Below, in pieces: positions 52,457 to 62,885 of a DNA stretch of 64,000 nucleotides (its first letter is position 1; every line of letters begins with the position of its first letter). Origin of the DNA: an uncultured bacterium. Lineage in GTDB: Bacteria; Patescibacteriota; Minisyncoccia; UBA6257; 2-01-FULL-56-20. The notes beneath the pieces were generated by a model. That model did not search any database. It was given only the letters and a program-made list of their open reading frames with translations, and was not told the DNA's origin. Made by a program: the position numbers and the translations under genes. The stretch covers positions 208,748 to 272,747 of the forward strand of contig OY970175.1 of the NCBI GenBank assembly GCA_963707865.1. The letters are read 5' to 3'.

Positions 52457-53067
52457 GTGACGCGCCCGATCAGAAATTAGCTTCCTTGGAAGCGCTGCTT
52501 TTCATTCACGGCGAACCGCTTTCGTATAAAAAGATAGAGTCGGTATTAAATTTGAAGAAGGGCGAAGCCGAATCGCTCGCGGAGGAATTAAAAAAGCATT
52601 TGGAAACGCCGGAGCGGGGATTGCATTTGGTCGCGGATAAAGAAAAGATCCAGCTCGCGACAAAGCCCGCATTTGGCAAGCTTTTGGAGGACTTTGTGAA
52701 AGACGAGCTTACGGAAGAACTCACGCCGGCGTCGCTTGAGGCGCTTTCCATCGTGGCGTATCTCGGTCCCATCTCGCGCGCGAAATTGGAATATCTGCGC
52801 GGGGTGAATTCCATCGTGATCTTGAGAAGTTTGATGATCCGCGGGCTCATAGAGCGCCTGCCGGATCCCGAGCACCCCTCCGGATTCCTGTACCGGCCGA
52901 CGTTTGAACTTATGAAACATCTCGGCATTGCCGCAGAAAAAGACCTGCCGGAGTACGAAAGATTCCAAGAGCTTTTGAAAATCTTTGAAACGCAAAACGT
53001 GGCGGGACCGGTGCCGACCGAACCGGCATCGCCAATCTCGCCTCCGGAACAACCAACCCATGAATAA
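52453..53067 (+). CDS. scpB: Segregation and condensation protein B
   Basis: 'LEALLFIHGEPLSYKKIESVL' ... 'LEALSIVAYLGPISRAKLEYLRGV'; overlaps scpA stop. Confidence 0.85.
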   Translation: MSDAPDQKLASLEALLFIHGEPLSYKKIESVLNLKKGEAESLAEELKKHLETPERGLHLVADKEKIQLATKPAFGKLLEDFVKDELTEELTPASLEALSIVAYLGPISRAKLEYLRGVNSIVILRSLMIRGLIERLPDPEHPSGFLYRPTFELMKHLGIAAEKDLPEYERFQELLKIFETQNVAGPVPTEPASPISPPEQPTHE

Positions 53068-54103
53068 CACCTTCGCAAAATTTGCGTTTTTGGTCGTCGT
53101 GATCGGTGCGGTGCTGTTTTCAAAGATGATGTATCCGGCGGCCGCTCCCGCTGCGAACCTTGCTTCAGCGAACAATGTGATACGAGGGAACGCTTCAAGT
53201 GCGGTGCCAATGTTCATTTTGCCTTCTGCCGCCGTCACTGCCCACGGTGCGAGCGGCGTCGGTAGTGTGGGTGATGTGGAAAGCGACACCCAAGCCAAAG
53301 CGGACGTTCCCAAAATGAACACTCCCGCAGCGAACATTCCCGCGATACTTTCCGGGCAGAGCGCTCCGCCGCCTGTGCTCACGGACGCGGCATCGCTCGT
53401 CGCCGATCTTACGAGCGGGACATCGTTTGCATCGGCAAACGGCGATGCGCGGTGGCCGACCGCCTCTATCGCAAAGCTTATGACCGCGACCGTTGTGGAA
53501 GACAAACTCAATGTGGCGACCGCGACCGCGACTGCGATCACCATCACCGAAAATATGTTCGCGGCCGACGTGACCGAGCAGGCGCTCGTGGTCGGCGGCA
53601 GGTATGCGGTATCCGATTTGTTGCGCGCCATATTGCTTCCCTCGTCCAACGTCGCTGCGGAAGCGCTCGCATCGTTCTACGGCAGAGAAGCATTCCTTGC
53701 GGAGATGAACGCGCGCGCCGCGGTATGGGGAATGAACAATACCCATTTTGACGACCCCTCCGGCATTTCCGCGGGCGACGAATCCACCGCGAACGACCTT
53801 TTGAAGCTCGCAGAGAAGTTATATGCCGATTATCCGCAGATTCTTCGGATTACAAGAACTCCGCAGGCCACCATTACCGAGGAGAATTCTGGAAAGAAAA
53901 TCTTATTGAAAAGTATCAATGAGTTCGCGGGCGATGCGGATTTCGTCGGCGGGAAGACCGGCTATACCGATCAGGCGGATGGCAACCTTCTCTCGGTGTT
54001 CCGCAACGGCGGGAAGCCGCTCGTCGTCATTGTCCTGGGGAGTAGCGCTCGCTTTGACGATACGAAAGCGTTGTATGATTGGTATAAAGCAAATTTCAAG
54101 TAA
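53060..54103 (+). CDS. D-alanyl-D-alanine carboxypeptidase (S11, PBP5/6-like)
   Basis: SxxK 'SIAKLMT', SxN 'SSN', 'KTG'; N-terminal TM; start at MNNTFAKF. Confidence 0.75.
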   Translation: MNNTFAKFAFLVVVIGAVLFSKMMYPAAAPAANLASANNVIRGNASSAVPMFILPSAAVTAHGASGVGSVGDVESDTQAKADVPKMNTPAANIPAILSGQSAPPPVLTDAASLVADLTSGTSFASANGDARWPTASIAKLMTATVVEDKLNVATATATAITITENMFAADVTEQALVVGGRYAVSDLLRAILLPSSNVAAEALASFYGREAFLAEMNARAAVWGMNNTHFDDPSGISAGDESTANDLLKLAEKLYADYPQILRITRTPQATITEENSGKKILLKSINEFAGDADFVGGKTGYTDQADGNLLSVFRNGGKPLVVIVLGSSARFDDTKALYDWYKANFK

Positions 54104-54109
54104 TACTGC

Positions 54110-55168
54110 ATGAGCATACTGGTTACGCAAACAATAAGGGTTCTTGTGCTTTCGGCGATCGCATTCACGGTGGCGCTTTTTATTACGCCTGCCTGGTACC
54201 GATTTCTCAAACGGCGGCATTTTGACAAGCAGATCCGCGAGGAGGCCGACGCACCAGTGTTCTACGAATTGCACAAGAAGAAAGCCGGAACGCCGACCGG
54301 CGGCGGTGTCATTATCTGGGGCACCGTGATCGGCCTCGCTGCAATTTTCGGCATCCTAAACAGACTGTTTGACGGCCGCGTGTGGCACTATCTGAACTTC
54401 ATCAATCGTGCGGAAACCTACTTGCCACTCGCCGCACTCATGGGCGCCGCACTCCTGGGCCTACTGGACGATTGGTTGGGGGCACTACGGGCCGGCGGCG
54501 GGTCCGGCGGGGGATTAAAAGTCCGCCAGAAATCCGTTCTGTATCTCGCGATCGCGCTCGTGGGCGCATGGTGGTTCTATTTCCGTCTTGGCTGGGATGT
54601 TATCACGGTGCCCTTCCTCGGCAACTACCAGATTGGCTGGTGGTACATTCCCATTTTCATTTTCATTATTTTCGCGAGCGCGTTTTCCGCGAACGAAACG
54701 GATGGCTTGGACGGCCTTCTGGGCGGCGTGTCACTCTTCGCATTCGTCGCGCTCACGACCGTTGCTTTCGTTCTCCACCGTTACGACCTCGCGGCGTTTG
54801 GAGGAATGATGGTTGGCGCTCTCCTCGCATTCCTTTGGAACAACATTTACCCGGCGAAGTTCATCATGGGCGACACCGGCTCAATGTCTCTCGGTATCAC
54901 GATCGGCGTGATCGCAATGCTTACGAACACCGCACTCCTCCTCCCGTTCTTCGCGATCATCCTCGTCATAGAATCCCTTTCCGTCATTGTCCAGATAGCC
55001 TCAAAAAAACTCCGCGGCGGCAAAAAGATATTCCGCTCCACGCCTATCCACCACCACTTTGAAGCACTCGGTTGGCCCGAATCGCAGGTCACCATGCGCT
55101 TCTGGATCATCTCCGCTATCTTCTGCGCGCTCGGGCTCGTCATTTTCTTCCTCTCGGTGGCGACATAG
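54110..55168 (+). CDS. mraY: Phospho-N-acetylmuramoyl-pentapeptide transferase
   Basis: 'NETDGLDGL', 'MGDTGS', 10 TM helices. Confidence 0.9.
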   Translation: MSILVTQTIRVLVLSAIAFTVALFITPAWYRFLKRRHFDKQIREEADAPVFYELHKKKAGTPTGGGVIIWGTVIGLAAIFGILNRLFDGRVWHYLNFINRAETYLPLAALMGAALLGLLDDWLGALRAGGGSGGGLKVRQKSVLYLAIALVGAWWFYFRLGWDVITVPFLGNYQIGWWYIPIFIFIIFASAFSANETDGLDGLLGGVSLFAFVALTTVAFVLHRYDLAAFGGMMVGALLAFLWNNIYPAKFIMGDTGSMSLGITIGVIAMLTNTALLLPFFAIILVIESLSVIVQIASKKLRGGKKIFRSTPIHHHFEALGWPESQVTMRFWIISAIFCALGLVIFFLSVAT

Positions 55169-55188
55169 GGTGAAAGGGTGTTTTCTGT

Positions 55189-55386
55189 TTGTATGTTGAT
55201 ATAAGTGGCAGTTTATGGTATGAGGACAATGGGAAGGAGGTTCCCATGACTACTCTTTTTGGTGAGCAAAAACAGCCGCGCCGCGAAAAATGGCAACTCG
55301 TCCTCGGCATCCTATTGGCGGCAGCGATCATCGTCGGCGCTTGCCTCCTTGCAATCACACACGTTGCGCATCACGCGGCGAGGTAG
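55189..55386 (+). CDS. Possible small membrane protein
   Basis: 'WQLVLGILLAAAIIVGACLLAI' TM; weak. Confidence 0.3.
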   Translation: MYVDISGSLWYEDNGKEVPMTTLFGEQKQPRREKWQLVLGILLAAAIIVGACLLAITHVAHHAAR

Positions 55387-55512
55387 GGAAGTATCTCCGG
55401 GTTGTGGCGCCCCAATCCGGAGAAAATAATCATTAGGGCGCCTTTTAATTTTGCTGCGCTGCAACGAGACAAGTTGACACTCCGCTTTTTTCTTTGTTAT
55501 ACTGTGTTTCAT

Positions 55513-56325
55513 ATGCCAGAAGAGGCCTTGATGTATCCCTCGGAAGCTTCCCGCGAGATGATTGACGCGGGAGTTTTCTATGGACGGAAAAAGAGCAAAA
55601 CGAATCCGAAGATGCGGCAGTTTGTTCTTGCGAACCGCGCCGGGATTGAGATTATCAATCTTCAGAAAACAAGTGATGCATTGGACGTGGCGCTCGGCTT
55701 CATAAAAGAAAAAATGCGCGGGAATTGCCTTGCGCTCTTTGTGGGTACCGAGCCGGCGGCCGAGGCATCTATCGTGCGCCTCGCAAAAAAGTTTAACTTT
55801 CCCTACGTGACCTATCGCTGGGTGGGCGGCGCGATCACGAACTTCAAGATCATCGCAAAACGGATTGAATATCTCAAAAAACTGCGCAGCGATTTTGCGT
55901 CGGGCGCCCTTGAAAAGTACACCAAGAAAGAGCGGCTGGAGCTTGAACGCGAGATGAAACGTTTGGAGGAGTTGATGGGCGGCTTGGAGAACCTTTCGCG
56001 CGAGCCGGATTTTCTGATCATGGTGGATCCGATCATGCACCATACGGCGCTCCGCGAAGCGCGGCGCAAAAAGATCCCGGTCGTCGCGTTTGCGAACGTG
56101 GACGCCGATCCGGATGATATTGACTACCTCGTGCCGGGCAACGACAAGGCGAAGAAAAGCATTGAATGGTTTTTTGAGAAGGTGGAAAAGGCGATGGACG
56201 AGGGGATTGCTGTGCGGACGGCGGCGCCTCCACCGCCCGCACCTGCACCCGTTGCGGAGGCAGGAGCAACGATAGCGGCGCAGCAAGAGCCGCCCACGCC
56301 CAAACCAGAAGGGGCGAGCGTATAA
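55513..56325 (+). CDS. rpsB: 30S ribosomal protein S2
   Basis: 'MIDAGVFYGRKKSKTNPKMRQFV', 'VGTEPAA', Ala/Pro-rich C-terminal tail; start 55513 or 55531. Confidence 0.9.
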   Translation: MPEEALMYPSEASREMIDAGVFYGRKKSKTNPKMRQFVLANRAGIEIINLQKTSDALDVALGFIKEKMRGNCLALFVGTEPAAEASIVRLAKKFNFPYVTYRWVGGAITNFKIIAKRIEYLKKLRSDFASGALEKYTKKERLELEREMKRLEELMGGLENLSREPDFLIMVDPIMHHTALREARRKKIPVVAFANVDADPDDIDYLVPGNDKAKKSIEWFFEKVEKAMDEGIAVRTAAPPPPAPAPVAEAGATIAAQQEPPTPKPEGASV

Positions 56326-56333
56326 TCAAAGAT

Positions 56334-56795
56334 ATGAGCAACAAGAAAGAGGTAACCGCCGAGACGGTGCAAACCTTGCGTGAAGCGACGGGCGCGGGCG
56401 TGATGGATTGCCGCAGGGCGCTCCTTGAGGCGCACGGCGACTTTGATGCGGCGAAAAAGATCATCCAGGAAAAGGGACTTTCAAAAGTTGAGAAGCGCGC
56501 GGGCAGGGCGACTGGTGCCGGCCTCGTACATTCTTATGTACATGGCGGTCGCATCGGCGTTTTGGTGGATCTCCGCGCCGAGACGGATTTTGTGGTCCGC
56601 TCCGAGCCGTTCCAAAAGCTTATTCACGAACTTGCGATGCAGATCGCAGCCGCGGCGCCCGCGAACGTGGAGGAGCTCCTCGCGCAGCCGTACATCAAGG
56701 ATGAATCGCGCACTGTGAAGGACATCGTGAACGACGTGATCGCGAAGGTAGGGGAGAACATCACCGTAAACCAGTTCTCGCGGATTGAGGTATAA
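56334..56795 (+). CDS. tsf: Elongation factor Ts (short form)
   Basis: UBA-like N-terminus 'TVQTLREATGAGVMDCRRALLEAHGDFDAA'; 'LVHSYVHGGRIGVLV'. Confidence 0.85.
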   Translation: MSNKKEVTAETVQTLREATGAGVMDCRRALLEAHGDFDAAKKIIQEKGLSKVEKRAGRATGAGLVHSYVHGGRIGVLVDLRAETDFVVRSEPFQKLIHELAMQIAAAAPANVEELLAQPYIKDESRTVKDIVNDVIAKVGENITVNQFSRIEV

Positions 56796-56812
56796 GAGTA
56801 TAATAGAAAGCG

Positions 56813-57151
56813 ATGGCAATGTTCATTTTCACAAGCGTTTTGATGATCTCGCTTTCGGCGATGCTTTATCTTATGGTCCGCGCCCTGCCGCGGATCGTGG
56901 AAGAGCCGCCTACCGAGAAACCCGGCTTGCTTGACCGCTGGGTGCATTCCCAGCTGCCGGAAAAATTTGACGCGGCTCTGAACGGTTTTCTTTTGAAGGT
57001 CCTGCGGCGGCTGAAAGTGTTGATGCTAAAAATTGACAACGGTCTAAGCAAGCGCTTGGAAAAGGTAAAGCCGGAGGACAACGGCAAAAAGCCGAACATT
57101 GATTTTAAGGAAATTGCGGGGCAGAATAAGGAAGGCGAAAGCGCTCAATAA
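56813..57151 (+). CDS. Hypothetical membrane protein
   Basis: N-terminal TM 'MAMFIFTSVLMISLSAMLYLMV'. Confidence 0.45.
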   Translation: MAMFIFTSVLMISLSAMLYLMVRALPRIVEEPPTEKPGLLDRWVHSQLPEKFDAALNGFLLKVLRRLKVLMLKIDNGLSKRLEKVKPEDNGKKPNIDFKEIAGQNKEGESAQ

Positions 57152-57154
57152 AAC

Positions 57155-57239
57155 GCGCAGGTGACGGAGAGGCCAATCGTAGCACGCTGTAAACGTGCCG
57201 CCCTTTCGGGCTACGCAGGTTCGAATCCTGCCCTGCGCA
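57155..57239 (+). tRNA. tRNA-Tyr (anticodon GUA), type II long variable arm
   Basis: Acceptor GCGCAGG/CCTGCGC, D-loop 'GGCCAA', anticodon loop CTGTAAA, variable arm CGCCCTTTCGGGCTAC, T-arm GCAGGTTCGAATCCTGC; 85 nt. Confidence 0.85.
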
Positions 57240-57301
57240 CAAAAAAGAAAAGCCCAGCGCCAGAGCGCGGGGCTTTCGTAGGAAATCAGAAAATTGCGAA
57301 C

Positions 57302-57619
57302 CTACCGAAGGAGATAAACAATCATGCCTCCGACAAAGACCACAAGGGTTGTGCAGACGTACCCACTGCTGAAACCCATAAACCATGTTTCCCCGTTGGT
57401 ATGATAGGTGAACCAACGACGCAGATGTGTGTCGTAGTCTCGCCCGGATTCGCTCATGACCGCGTTGGCGAAGCAGATGATAATTGTTAGAAGCACCAGG
57501 AAAACTTCGAGCATCTCGTACACCCGTTCACTGAGCCGATGGGCTAAAAGCAAGGCAACTGCGGCAAGGAGACCCGCCAAAATTCCCGAGAGAGTGGGGT
57601 GTTTCTGTATCCAAGTCAT
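57302..57619 (-). CDS. Hypothetical membrane protein (3 TM)
   Basis: Hydrophobic segments; located between tRNA-Tyr and IS481 copy. Confidence 0.45.
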   Translation of the reverse strand: MTWIQKHPTLSGILAGLLAAVALLLAHRLSERVYEMLEVFLVLLTIIICFANAVMSESGRDYDTHLRRWFTYHTNGETWFMGFSSGYVCTTLVVFVGGMIVYLLR

Positions 57620-57895
57620 GACATCCTCCTTATAGGATTAAAACGCCAAAGAGCTTTGAGGTCGTCGTCTCCAGCACGATTCCTCACCTGAAATTTCTAT
57701 CCGGCGATACAAGACTCAAGTGCTACTGAACCGCAAATTCTGTTTAGAATCCGGCCACTTGGTAGAACTTTACCCTGCGAATATTATAATCCATTGGATA
57801 TCATTTGTCAAGCATAAGAAAAACAGGCCTGTTTTGGGCTAAAAGCCAAAATTGTTCGAAAATCGTCCAGGCCCGTGCACAGTCAAATGTTTTAG

Positions 57896-58885
57896 GCACA
57901 CACATATGGCGGACTAGGTTTTGAACTCGGCAAGCGCTTCGTTCGGCGTCTTGCCATTCAGGCCACAGTGTTCAAGGTTGTTGTACTCAGTATTCCACCA
58001 TCGTACCCTTTGGCGCAAATCCTTTGCCGAAGCAAATGTTGTTTCGTGGTAGAGCGTTCTCTGGTCCGACCCATGCGAGCGTTCGACCTTGCCGTTCTGC
58101 GCGGGCTTCCCCGGATCGATGAGGTAGTGCACGATGCCGCGTTCGGCGCAGAAGCGGTCCAAAGCGTGTTGATGGGCAGGCGAAAGATCCGCCCGCTTGT
58201 ACGTGCCCGTGTACCGGTTGGTGAAGGTCGCATGGTTGTCCGTCTTCACGCCGGTGATCCGATATTCAAATCGCCGGATGACATCCGCAAGAAAGAGGAG
58301 GGTGTTCTGCGTGGACTCTTCCTCGAAAATCCGGAGGTAGCGCCAGCGGGAGGCACAATCGATCGCCGTATATTGAAAATATGCACGTCCCGCAACGGTT
58401 CCCGGCACATGCTTCACGTCGATCTCCATGAGGTCGCCAGGCTTCCAGGTGGCTTTGATATATTTGTACGTGATCTTTTTGGTACGATACTTCCGCACGA
58501 GCCTTTCTGTCTTCAAGATTTTTCCGATGGTGCGCTCATGGATATGGATGCCCACCTTTTCGAGCTTCCAATGCAGTTTGAGCGCGCAGACCTTTCTCTT
58601 CTTGCGCAACGCGATGATTGCTTCCTTGATGCTGATCGGTGTTTCCTTGGGCGAGGTCTTCGGCCGGGTGGAACGCGGTTCAAGCGCTGATTCACCGCCA
58701 CGCCGGTATGCCTGCAGCCACCGCTCCAAGGTCCGCTTCCCATACGGAAACACCTTCATCACTTCGGTGGTGCTTGTGCGACCTTTTACAATGGGTTCCA
58801 CCCACCGCACCCGCTCTTGTTTGATATTCTCAGCCATATGGATCGACATTCCCCGATTGTACGGGAGTCCGCCATATGTGTGTGC
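57896..58885 (-). mobile_element. IS481-family insertion sequence (copy B, different element from copy A)
   Basis: Perfect 20-bp terminal inverted repeats 'GCACACACATATGGCGGACT' (57896..57915) / 'AGTCCGCCATATGTGTGTGC' (58866..58885). Confidence 0.85.
57914..58837 (-). CDS. IS481-family DDE transposase
   Basis: 'YTAIDCASRW', 'VKTDNHATF', 'PGKPAQNGKVERSH'. Confidence 0.85.
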   Translation of the reverse strand: MAENIKQERVRWVEPIVKGRTSTTEVMKVFPYGKRTLERWLQAYRRGGESALEPRSTRPKTSPKETPISIKEAIIALRKKRKVCALKLHWKLEKVGIHIHERTIGKILKTERLVRKYRTKKITYKYIKATWKPGDLMEIDVKHVPGTVAGRAYFQYTAIDCASRWRYLRIFEEESTQNTLLFLADVIRRFEYRITGVKTDNHATFTNRYTGTYKRADLSPAHQHALDRFCAERGIVHYLIDPGKPAQNGKVERSHGSDQRTLYHETTFASAKDLRQRVRWWNTEYNNLEHCGLNGKTPNEALAEFKT

Positions 58886-58937
58886 ACATTACCTCAAGCA
58901 TTTGCATTCTTCTCCAAATCTGTTACAGTAATTTCCA

Positions 58938-60200
58938 ATGAGGCGGCATCCGGGCCTTTTTTTGACGATTATCATTCTCGTCGCGATTGCGGCGGGATTT
59001 TTCGTCTATCCGAAGTGGATTGGTTCGCAGTGGCAGCCATGGCACCTGGGGTTGGACCTCGTGGGGGGCAGCCATTTGGTCTACCAAATTGACCTTTCAA
59101 AAGTGGCGGCAGCGGACCAGGACTCCGTCGTGCAGGGGCTCCGCGACGTGATTGAAAAACGCGTGAATCTTTTTGGTGTGAGCGAACCACAAGTATATAC
59201 CGCGCAGACGGGGAACCAGGCGCAGCTTATTATTGATCTCGCGGGCGTGAAGAATGTGAGCGATGCGATCAACCAAATCGGCCAGACGCCGCTTTTGGAT
59301 TTCCGCGAGGTGGAGCAGAACGGTTCAACCACGCAATATGTGTATACGAACCTCACCGGTGAATACGTGACGGGCGCGCAGCTGAATTTCAACCAAACGA
59401 CCGGCGCGGCGGAGGTGCAGGTCTCATTCAACGATCAGGGCGCGCAGATTTTCGCCAAGATCACGGCGGCCAACGTCGGGAAACCTTTGGCGATTTTTTT
59501 GGATAATAATCTGATTGAGGCGCCCGTGGTGCAAGAAGCGATTCCGAACGGCAAGGCGGTCATCAGCGGCAATTTCACGGTGGATAGCGCCCGCACGCTC
59601 GTGGAACGCTTCAACGCTGGCGCACTGCCTGCGCCCATTACGCTCATTAACCAGCAGACGGTAAGCCCCACGCTCGGCGCCGATTCACTGCGGAAGGTGA
59701 TTGTGGCGGGCATCGCAGGAACGCTCCTTGTAATTCTTTTCATGCTTTTTTACTACCGGCTGCTCGGCCTTTTCGCCGCATTTGCGCTCATCATTTACAT
59801 TGCGCTCACGCTCGGAGTCTTCAAAATTATTCCCATTACCTTAAGCTTGTCCGGACTTGCGGGATTTATTCTTACGATCGGCATGGCGGTAGACGCAAAT
59901 ATCCTTATTTTTGAACGTATTAAAGAAGAATTAAAGAGGGGACTGCCAAAGTCGTCCGCCATAGAAGAAGGATTCCGGCGTGCGTGGCCGTCCATCAGGG
60001 ACTCCAACACGTCCACTATCATCACCGCGATCATCCTGTATTATTTCACCTCAAGTTTCGTGCAGGGCTTCGCTTTGACGCTCCTTCTCGGTGTCATCGT
60101 AAGTTTGTTCAGCGCCATCACGACCACGCGCCTCTTCCTTCGCGCATTTTTGAAGGACACGAAACCATCGCAGCCGTCGCCCAAGCCCGCCACCACATAA
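58938..60200 (+). CDS. secD: Protein translocase subunit SecD
   Basis: Periplasmic domain followed by 6 TM; 'LPAPITLINQQTVSPTLGADSL'. Confidence 0.9.
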   Translation: MRRHPGLFLTIIILVAIAAGFFVYPKWIGSQWQPWHLGLDLVGGSHLVYQIDLSKVAAADQDSVVQGLRDVIEKRVNLFGVSEPQVYTAQTGNQAQLIIDLAGVKNVSDAINQIGQTPLLDFREVEQNGSTTQYVYTNLTGEYVTGAQLNFNQTTGAAEVQVSFNDQGAQIFAKITAANVGKPLAIFLDNNLIEAPVVQEAIPNGKAVISGNFTVDSARTLVERFNAGALPAPITLINQQTVSPTLGADSLRKVIVAGIAGTLLVILFMLFYYRLLGLFAAFALIIYIALTLGVFKIIPITLSLSGLAGFILTIGMAVDANILIFERIKEELKRGLPKSSAIEEGFRRAWPSIRDSNTSTIITAIILYYFTSSFVQGFALTLLLGVIVSLFSAITTTRLFLRAFLKDTKPSQPSPKPATT

Positions 60201-60201
60201 T

Positions 60202-61101
60202 ATGCTCAACATCGTCGGCCGCAAAAAAATTTGGTTTACGCTGTCCGGCATTCTTGTCGGCTTGGCGCTTTTGGCCATCGCATTCTACGGTTTTAAGCAA
60301 AGTGCGGAATTCTTGGGCGGCTCCCTTTGGGAATTCAAAATTCCAGCGAACCAGCCGTCACTTTCCGATGTGCAGGACTTTTTTGCGAACGATCTCACGA
60401 TCAATGGCGCGGAGATAACGCTTGACACCACAAACCAATCCTTCATCGCGCGTTTCAATATCGTAGACGAAGCGACCCACGAACGGTATTTGGGCATGCT
60501 GCAAAATAAGTGGCCGTCGTTCACCGAGTTGAGTTTCTCGTCCATCGGCCCTACGGTCGGCGCGAGCTTGAAGAAAAATGCGCTCATTGCGATCGGACTT
60601 GTCCTCGTCGGCATCTCACTCTATATTGCCTTCGCTTTCCGAAAGGCGTCGCGGCCCGTGAGTTCGTGGAAATATGGATGGGTTACGCTCCTTACACTCT
60701 TCCACGATGTTTCCATTCCGGCGGGATTACTCGCGGTGCTTGGACGCTTTAAGGGGGTGGAGATTGACACGAATTTCATCGTGGCGTTGCTTGTCGTGAT
60801 GGGCTTTTCGGTACATGACACCATCGTCGTGTTTGACCGCATCCGCGAGAATCTGATCACGCATCGCGGGAAATCCAGCTTCACCACTATTGTGAACGAC
60901 AGCGTGAATCAGACACTCGCACGGTCAATAAACACGTCCCTCACGTTGATCCTCGTGCTTCTCGCGCTCTATTTCGTGGGCCCTGCGGATCTTCGATACT
61001 TCATTCTTACTCTTCTCGTGGGGGTGACCACCGGCATCTATTCTTCCATCTTTATCGCCAGTCCCGCCCTCGTGCTTTTGAAGCCGAGGGGTGTGGATTA
61101 A
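60202..61101 (+). CDS. secF: Protein translocase subunit SecF
   Basis: 'FLGGSLWEF', 'LFHDVSIPAG', 'VVFDRIREN'. Confidence 0.9.
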   Translation: MLNIVGRKKIWFTLSGILVGLALLAIAFYGFKQSAEFLGGSLWEFKIPANQPSLSDVQDFFANDLTINGAEITLDTTNQSFIARFNIVDEATHERYLGMLQNKWPSFTELSFSSIGPTVGASLKKNALIAIGLVLVGISLYIAFAFRKASRPVSSWKYGWVTLLTLFHDVSIPAGLLAVLGRFKGVEIDTNFIVALLVVMGFSVHDTIVVFDRIRENLITHRGKSSFTTIVNDSVNQTLARSINTSLTLILVLLALYFVGPADLRYFILTLLVGVTTGIYSSIFIASPALVLLKPRGVD

Positions 61102-61139
61102 CGTGCTTGCTAAAAAGATACTGATAAGTTATAATAACC

Positions 61140-62174
61140 TTGATGACTTTGGCAGTAAAAATTGTTGATGTGGCGCTCGCGAACCTAAAGCCTCGCCAGA
61201 AAGAGGTGCTTGAGGCGCGTTTTGGTTTGGCCAAGGAGGGGGAGGGGGAAACCCTTGCCGCGATCGGTGATCGGCTAAAGGTAACGCGGGAGCGCGTGCG
61301 GCAGATAGAATCAAGCGGCATCACGCTTGCGAAAGCGAATATCTTGAAGAGTCCCGACGCGACGGCGTTCTTGGACAAAGTGAAGAAGTATCTTGCGACC
61401 CGCGGCGGCGCGGCAAAGAAACCCGACGTGCTCCAGTATGCGGCAACGCTCGCGAAGGGAGTACGCGAAAGCCAACTTGATTTTCTTGCCACGGTTTCGG
61501 GTGCGTTCAAGGTGTACCATGAAGACAACGATTTTATCCCATTTTATTATGCAGGCGACAAAGAGCTCAAAGAAACAAAAGCGTTTGTGGAAGGATGGGT
61601 AAACTTCTTGAATGCGCACAAGGAAAAAATACTCGGCGGGACGTACGCGACCCAACTCGCGAGCTTTGTGAAAACGAGGGCGATCGGCGATGCCGTTGCG
61701 GAAAATTACCTGAGCGTGGCAAAACATATCCATAAGAATCCCTACGGCGACGTAGGACTTCGCGATTGGGCGGAGATCCGTCCGATGACCGTACGCGACA
61801 AGATCTATCTTGTTTTGAAAAAGCACGGCGAGCCGCTGCACTTTGAGGATATCGCGCGCCATATCAATAAGGTGAACTTTGACGAGCAGGAAGCGCTCGC
61901 GCCGACCGTGCACAATGAACTGATCAAAGACGACCGGTTTGTTTTGGTTGGGCGCGGCATGTACGGCCTCCGCGAACACGGGTATGAGCCGGGTACCGCA
62001 CGCGAGGTGATCGCGAAAGTTTTGAAGAGTGCAGGTCCGCTCCGCCCGACGGACGTCGTGACGCATGTGAACAAGCAGCGCTTCTTCAAACCGAACACGA
62101 TCCTCATTAATTTGCAGAATCGTAACTTCTTTGAGCGGCTGCCCGACGGGAGGTACCGCGTCCGCGAAGCATAA
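61140..62174 (+). CDS. Sigma-70 region 4-like HTH DNA-binding domain protein with uncharacterized C-terminal domain
   Basis: 'QKEVLEARFGL...TLAAIGDRLKVTRERVRQIESSGI'. Confidence 0.6.
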   Translation: MMTLAVKIVDVALANLKPRQKEVLEARFGLAKEGEGETLAAIGDRLKVTRERVRQIESSGITLAKANILKSPDATAFLDKVKKYLATRGGAAKKPDVLQYAATLAKGVRESQLDFLATVSGAFKVYHEDNDFIPFYYAGDKELKETKAFVEGWVNFLNAHKEKILGGTYATQLASFVKTRAIGDAVAENYLSVAKHIHKNPYGDVGLRDWAEIRPMTVRDKIYLVLKKHGEPLHFEDIARHINKVNFDEQEALAPTVHNELIKDDRFVLVGRGMYGLREHGYEPGTAREVIAKVLKSAGPLRPTDVVTHVNKQRFFKPNTILINLQNRNFFERLPDGRYRVREA

Positions 62175-62185
62175 CGCAGCATAAC

Positions 62186-62851
62186 GTGCGGTTCCACATC
62201 CTTACGATCTTCCCTGACATCTTTGATTCCTATCTCAAGGAATCTTTTTTGAAAAAAGCGCAGGAGAAGGGGCTTATTAAAATTACGCCGCACAACCTGC
62301 GCGACTTCACGAGCGACAAGCATAGGAAGGTGGACGACCGGCCGTTCGGCGGTGGGCCGGGGATGGTTTTGAAAGTGGAACCGATCCATAAGGCGGTTTG
62401 CGCGATTGCCCAAAAGTCCCGCGTTGCCTCACGCAAGCGGCGGGTTGTTTTGTTTTCGCTCCGCGGGAAGAAACTTGACGCGAAGGTCTCGCGCCGGCTC
62501 GCAAAGTACGACGAGCTCGTTTTGATCTGCGGCCGCTACGAAGGCGTGGACGAACGGGTAGTGCAGCATATCGCCGACGAGGAGATTTCAATAGGGGATT
62601 ACGTGCTCTCCGGCGGCGAACTCCCTGCGCTCGTCCTTATGGAATCTGTGTGCCGTTTCATCCCCGGTTTTTTGGGAAAACAGGAATCACTGGAGGAGTT
62701 CAAAGGTTCTTATCCTGCATACACGCGGCCGGAGGCTTTTGTTGCGAAGGGGAATGGTGCGAAAAGGAAAGCGCAAAAGTGGAGCGTGCCGAAAGTGCTC
62801 TTGTCCGGCGACCATAAAAAGATCGCAGAGTGGCGCCGTAGGAAACAGTAA
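62186..62851 (+). CDS. trmD: tRNA (guanine37-N1)-methyltransferase
   Basis: 'ILTIFPD', 'GGGPGMV', 'CGRYEGVDERV', 'ISIGDYVLSGGELPAL'. Confidence 0.9.
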   Translation: MRFHILTIFPDIFDSYLKESFLKKAQEKGLIKITPHNLRDFTSDKHRKVDDRPFGGGPGMVLKVEPIHKAVCAIAQKSRVASRKRRVVLFSLRGKKLDAKVSRRLAKYDELVLICGRYEGVDERVVQHIADEEISIGDYVLSGGELPALVLMESVCRFIPGFLGKQESLEEFKGSYPAYTRPEAFVAKGNGAKRKAQKWSVPKVLLSGDHKKIAEWRRRKQ

Positions 62852-62885
62852 GTGGCACCCGCTCCCGTTCTGCTAGAATAAGAGC

